Assembly (NCBI GenBank): GCA_030704615.1
Contig: CM060731.1
Coordinates: 75,888,001-75,952,000, forward strand
Direction: 5' to 3'
Origin: Takakia lepidozioides
Lineage: Eukaryota; Plantae; Bryophyta
DNA: 64,000 nucleotides
In this document: positions 61,661 through 64,000 of the stretch, in pieces
Position numbering within the stretch: position 1 is the stretch's first letter
Layout of the letters: each line of letters opens with the position of its first letter
Notes under the pieces: model-generated
Database searches by the model: none
The model's input: the letters and a program-made list of their open reading frames with translations, nothing else
What the model was told of the DNA's origin: nothing
Position numbers and translations under genes: made by a program

Positions 61661-62314
61661 GGGCTTCGCGTTGCTCCGCAATACTAGGGACGAATTCTGA
61701 GAACTACATTCAATTTGCACAAAAAATTGTAAACATTTCATCCCAGATGTATCAGTTCTCCCAGTGGGAACTTGTTTGATGAGAGGTAGGGCCTACTCGA
61801 GAATGCTATAAATGATCTTGAAGAAAGAGTGAAAATGATTGTCATATGCAAAAGTTAGTGGGATCTGAGCCTGGTAAACAGTGAAAGATTAACTGGATAC
61901 GTACTTTTATATTTTACCAATATAATCCATTTATTTTTTCACTTATTTTATTTTATACGCGATTTTACATTTATGAAACCTGTTAGAGCTTTGTATCAAC
62001 AACCCACAAACTGACGTTGTACTTGGTGGTTTAGCAGCCCCAAGGTTGCAAATTGCTCTCCGGAGGGGGTGCCATCCGTGTACCGATCTCACCGATCTCG
62101 AGGCACAAGGTGTGCTCTACAAGATACCCAACTTTCTCAATGTTGAAAGTGTTGATTACTTTACACTAGAGACCCACAATTGTACATTGCACCACAGCTC
62201 GCTACAAATCCTTCTGATGACAGTGCCCTCAAAACCCAAAGGAGGAGCAGTAAGTATATCGTCCTCTCATTATTATCCCTTAGTTGGGTGTAATTTCATT
62301 GATATTAATTAAAC

Positions 62315-64000
62315 CAACATACAAAAATTGCTCGGCCAACAATCTTTGAGATGAATTTGGTGGAGGTGTGGCAGTCTCCAAACACTCCAAGATTCTTGAT
62401 GAGTCGTGCTGATCAACCCAAAACCAGTGGTCAGCTTCTCATTGTGGTAGCAAAGAGAAAATTCATTTCCTCCACATCATGTAATACACAGCACGTGTCA
62501 GGCACATACCCCGCCTCTTCATCTGCCCAGACAATCTTCTCAGCTCAGCATGGATTTCCTTAATTCTGGGATGCAACTTGTCATCTACAACGAGGTGCAC
62601 CCTGTTGCCAACCTCAACGCAGCAGCGACCTGGCTCCTTTCTAACCCCTCTGACCTTCATCATTCTTCTCACCTTTGCAGTATCATTCCACCTGTCAGTT
62701 GCAGTATAGATGTGTGATATAGCAACACATAAGTCGCGGCATCATGTTCATCCCACTTGAGGATAGATGTTGCCACACGTTCACAAAAATTGTTTTGGGC
62801 TTGCTGCGCTTTGTTCCGAGACTCTCTTCATCAGGTCCACTGCCTCATCCAATTGTCCCGCATGTCCAAGAAGGTCCACCATGCAGCCAAAGTGCTTTAC
62901 TGGCAGGGTGACACCATGATCTTGGCTCAGGGAATCGAAGTAGCATCTTCCTTCATTCTGTAGGCCAGTGTGCCTGCATGCAGAGAGAACACATATAAAG
63001 GTGATAATGTCCGGCTTCAAGCTGTTCTTTTGCATTCCTTCAAATAGTTGCAGGACCTCCCTATGACAACCATGTTGGGCATATCCTACGATCATCGCAT
63101 TCCACGACACCACATTTTATTCAGCCACATTGTCAAATACTCGCTTTGCATCCTCAATGCACTCACATTTGGCATACATGTCCACCAGGGCAGTGTTCAG
63201 AGTGAAATCGGGTACTATTCCAGATTTGACGATGTCACCATGGACCTCTTTGCCCTTTCCCAGGGCTACCAGGCTTGCACTACACGCATTGCAAAATGCA
63301 AACAAACGTCATGTGGTTGGGCTTCACCCCTTCGCACATCATTTGCTTATAGGTCTCCAAAGCCTCCATCCCGCGCCCTTGTTGTGCACATCCTGCAATC
63401 ATCGCACTCCACGACACCACATCATACTGTCGAACACTCCATTTGCATCCTCGATGCACCCACATTTGACAAACCTATCCACCAGGGCTGAAATCGGGTA
63501 CAATTCCAGATTTGACGATGTCACCATGGACCTCTTTGTAGTTTTCCAGGGCTGCCAGGATTGCACACGCACTACTAATGCAAACAAACGTCATGTGGTT
63601 GGGCTTCACCCCCTTCGCACATCATTTGCTCATAGGTCTCCAAAGCCTCCATCCCGCGCCCTTGCTGTGCATATCCTGCAATCATCGTACTAGACACAAC
63701 ACCACATCACGTTCAGCCATACTGTCGAACACTCCCTTCATACATGTCCACAAGGGTATTGTTCAGAATGACATTTGGTCAGCTCTGACAATTTGTCACC
63801 ATGGACCTCTTTGCCCTTTTCCAGAGCTGCCAGGCTTGCACACGCACTGCAAATGCAAAGAAACATGACGTGGTCAGGCTTCACCCCTTCCCCCATCATT
63901 TGATCATAGGTCTCCAAAGCCTCCATACCACATCCCTGTTGTGGATACCCTACAAGCATCGTGTTCCATGACACCACATCTCGTTCAGCCATAGTGTTGA
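62315..64000 (-). pseudogene. PLS-E-DYW pentatricopeptide RNA-editing factor pseudogene (continues beyond the window)
   Basis: It contains repeated DVVSWN.M..GY.Q.G and LVDMYAKC motifs, then HFGCMVDLLGHAG, the PG box GVRKEPGRC, GYVPDT, CYHNEKL and IKNLGVFGDCHTSTKFISKIVGR. There are many frameshifts and no terminal DYW tripeptide. Confidence 0.88.

Overview
This is nuclear DNA from a land plant. The intron style, PLS-DYW PPR remnants and RTE/RTEX-like LINEs suggest a non-seed plant such as a bryophyte or lycophyte, but the species cannot be determined. The left part (1-35 kb) holds five intact spliced genes that I reconstructed exon by exon: TCF25/Rqc1-like, FHA+PIN PS1-like, a DUF2358/SnoaL-like protein with a probable Tat lumen signal, a CYP38-like cyclophilin and ATG18a-like. 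They are interspersed with LINE, PIF/Harbinger and Ty3/gypsy remnants. The right part (36-64 kb) is mostly transposon and gene-fragment debris: hAT, a SOBIR1/CORYNE-like kinase piece, an ABC1K pseudogene, and formin, LOTUS and PPR fragments. The main finding is hidden in that debris and split across the ORF track: an apparently intact 6-exon gene (45613-57114, +, about 568 aa). It encodes a coiled-coil, a PD-(D/E)xK-like nuclease domain and an atypical fungal-style protein kinase, resembling the REase+kinase architecture of Crinkler-type effectors. Its 7.85-kb intron 2 contains a LINE, an antisense tandem-LOTUS ORF and a formin fragment. Other notable items are a tandem array of tRNA-His-derived Pol III-like units and a LINE family present as copies from 38 bp to 3.8 kb, three of them with TSDs. 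All family assignments come from motif recognition by eye; no database searches were run.
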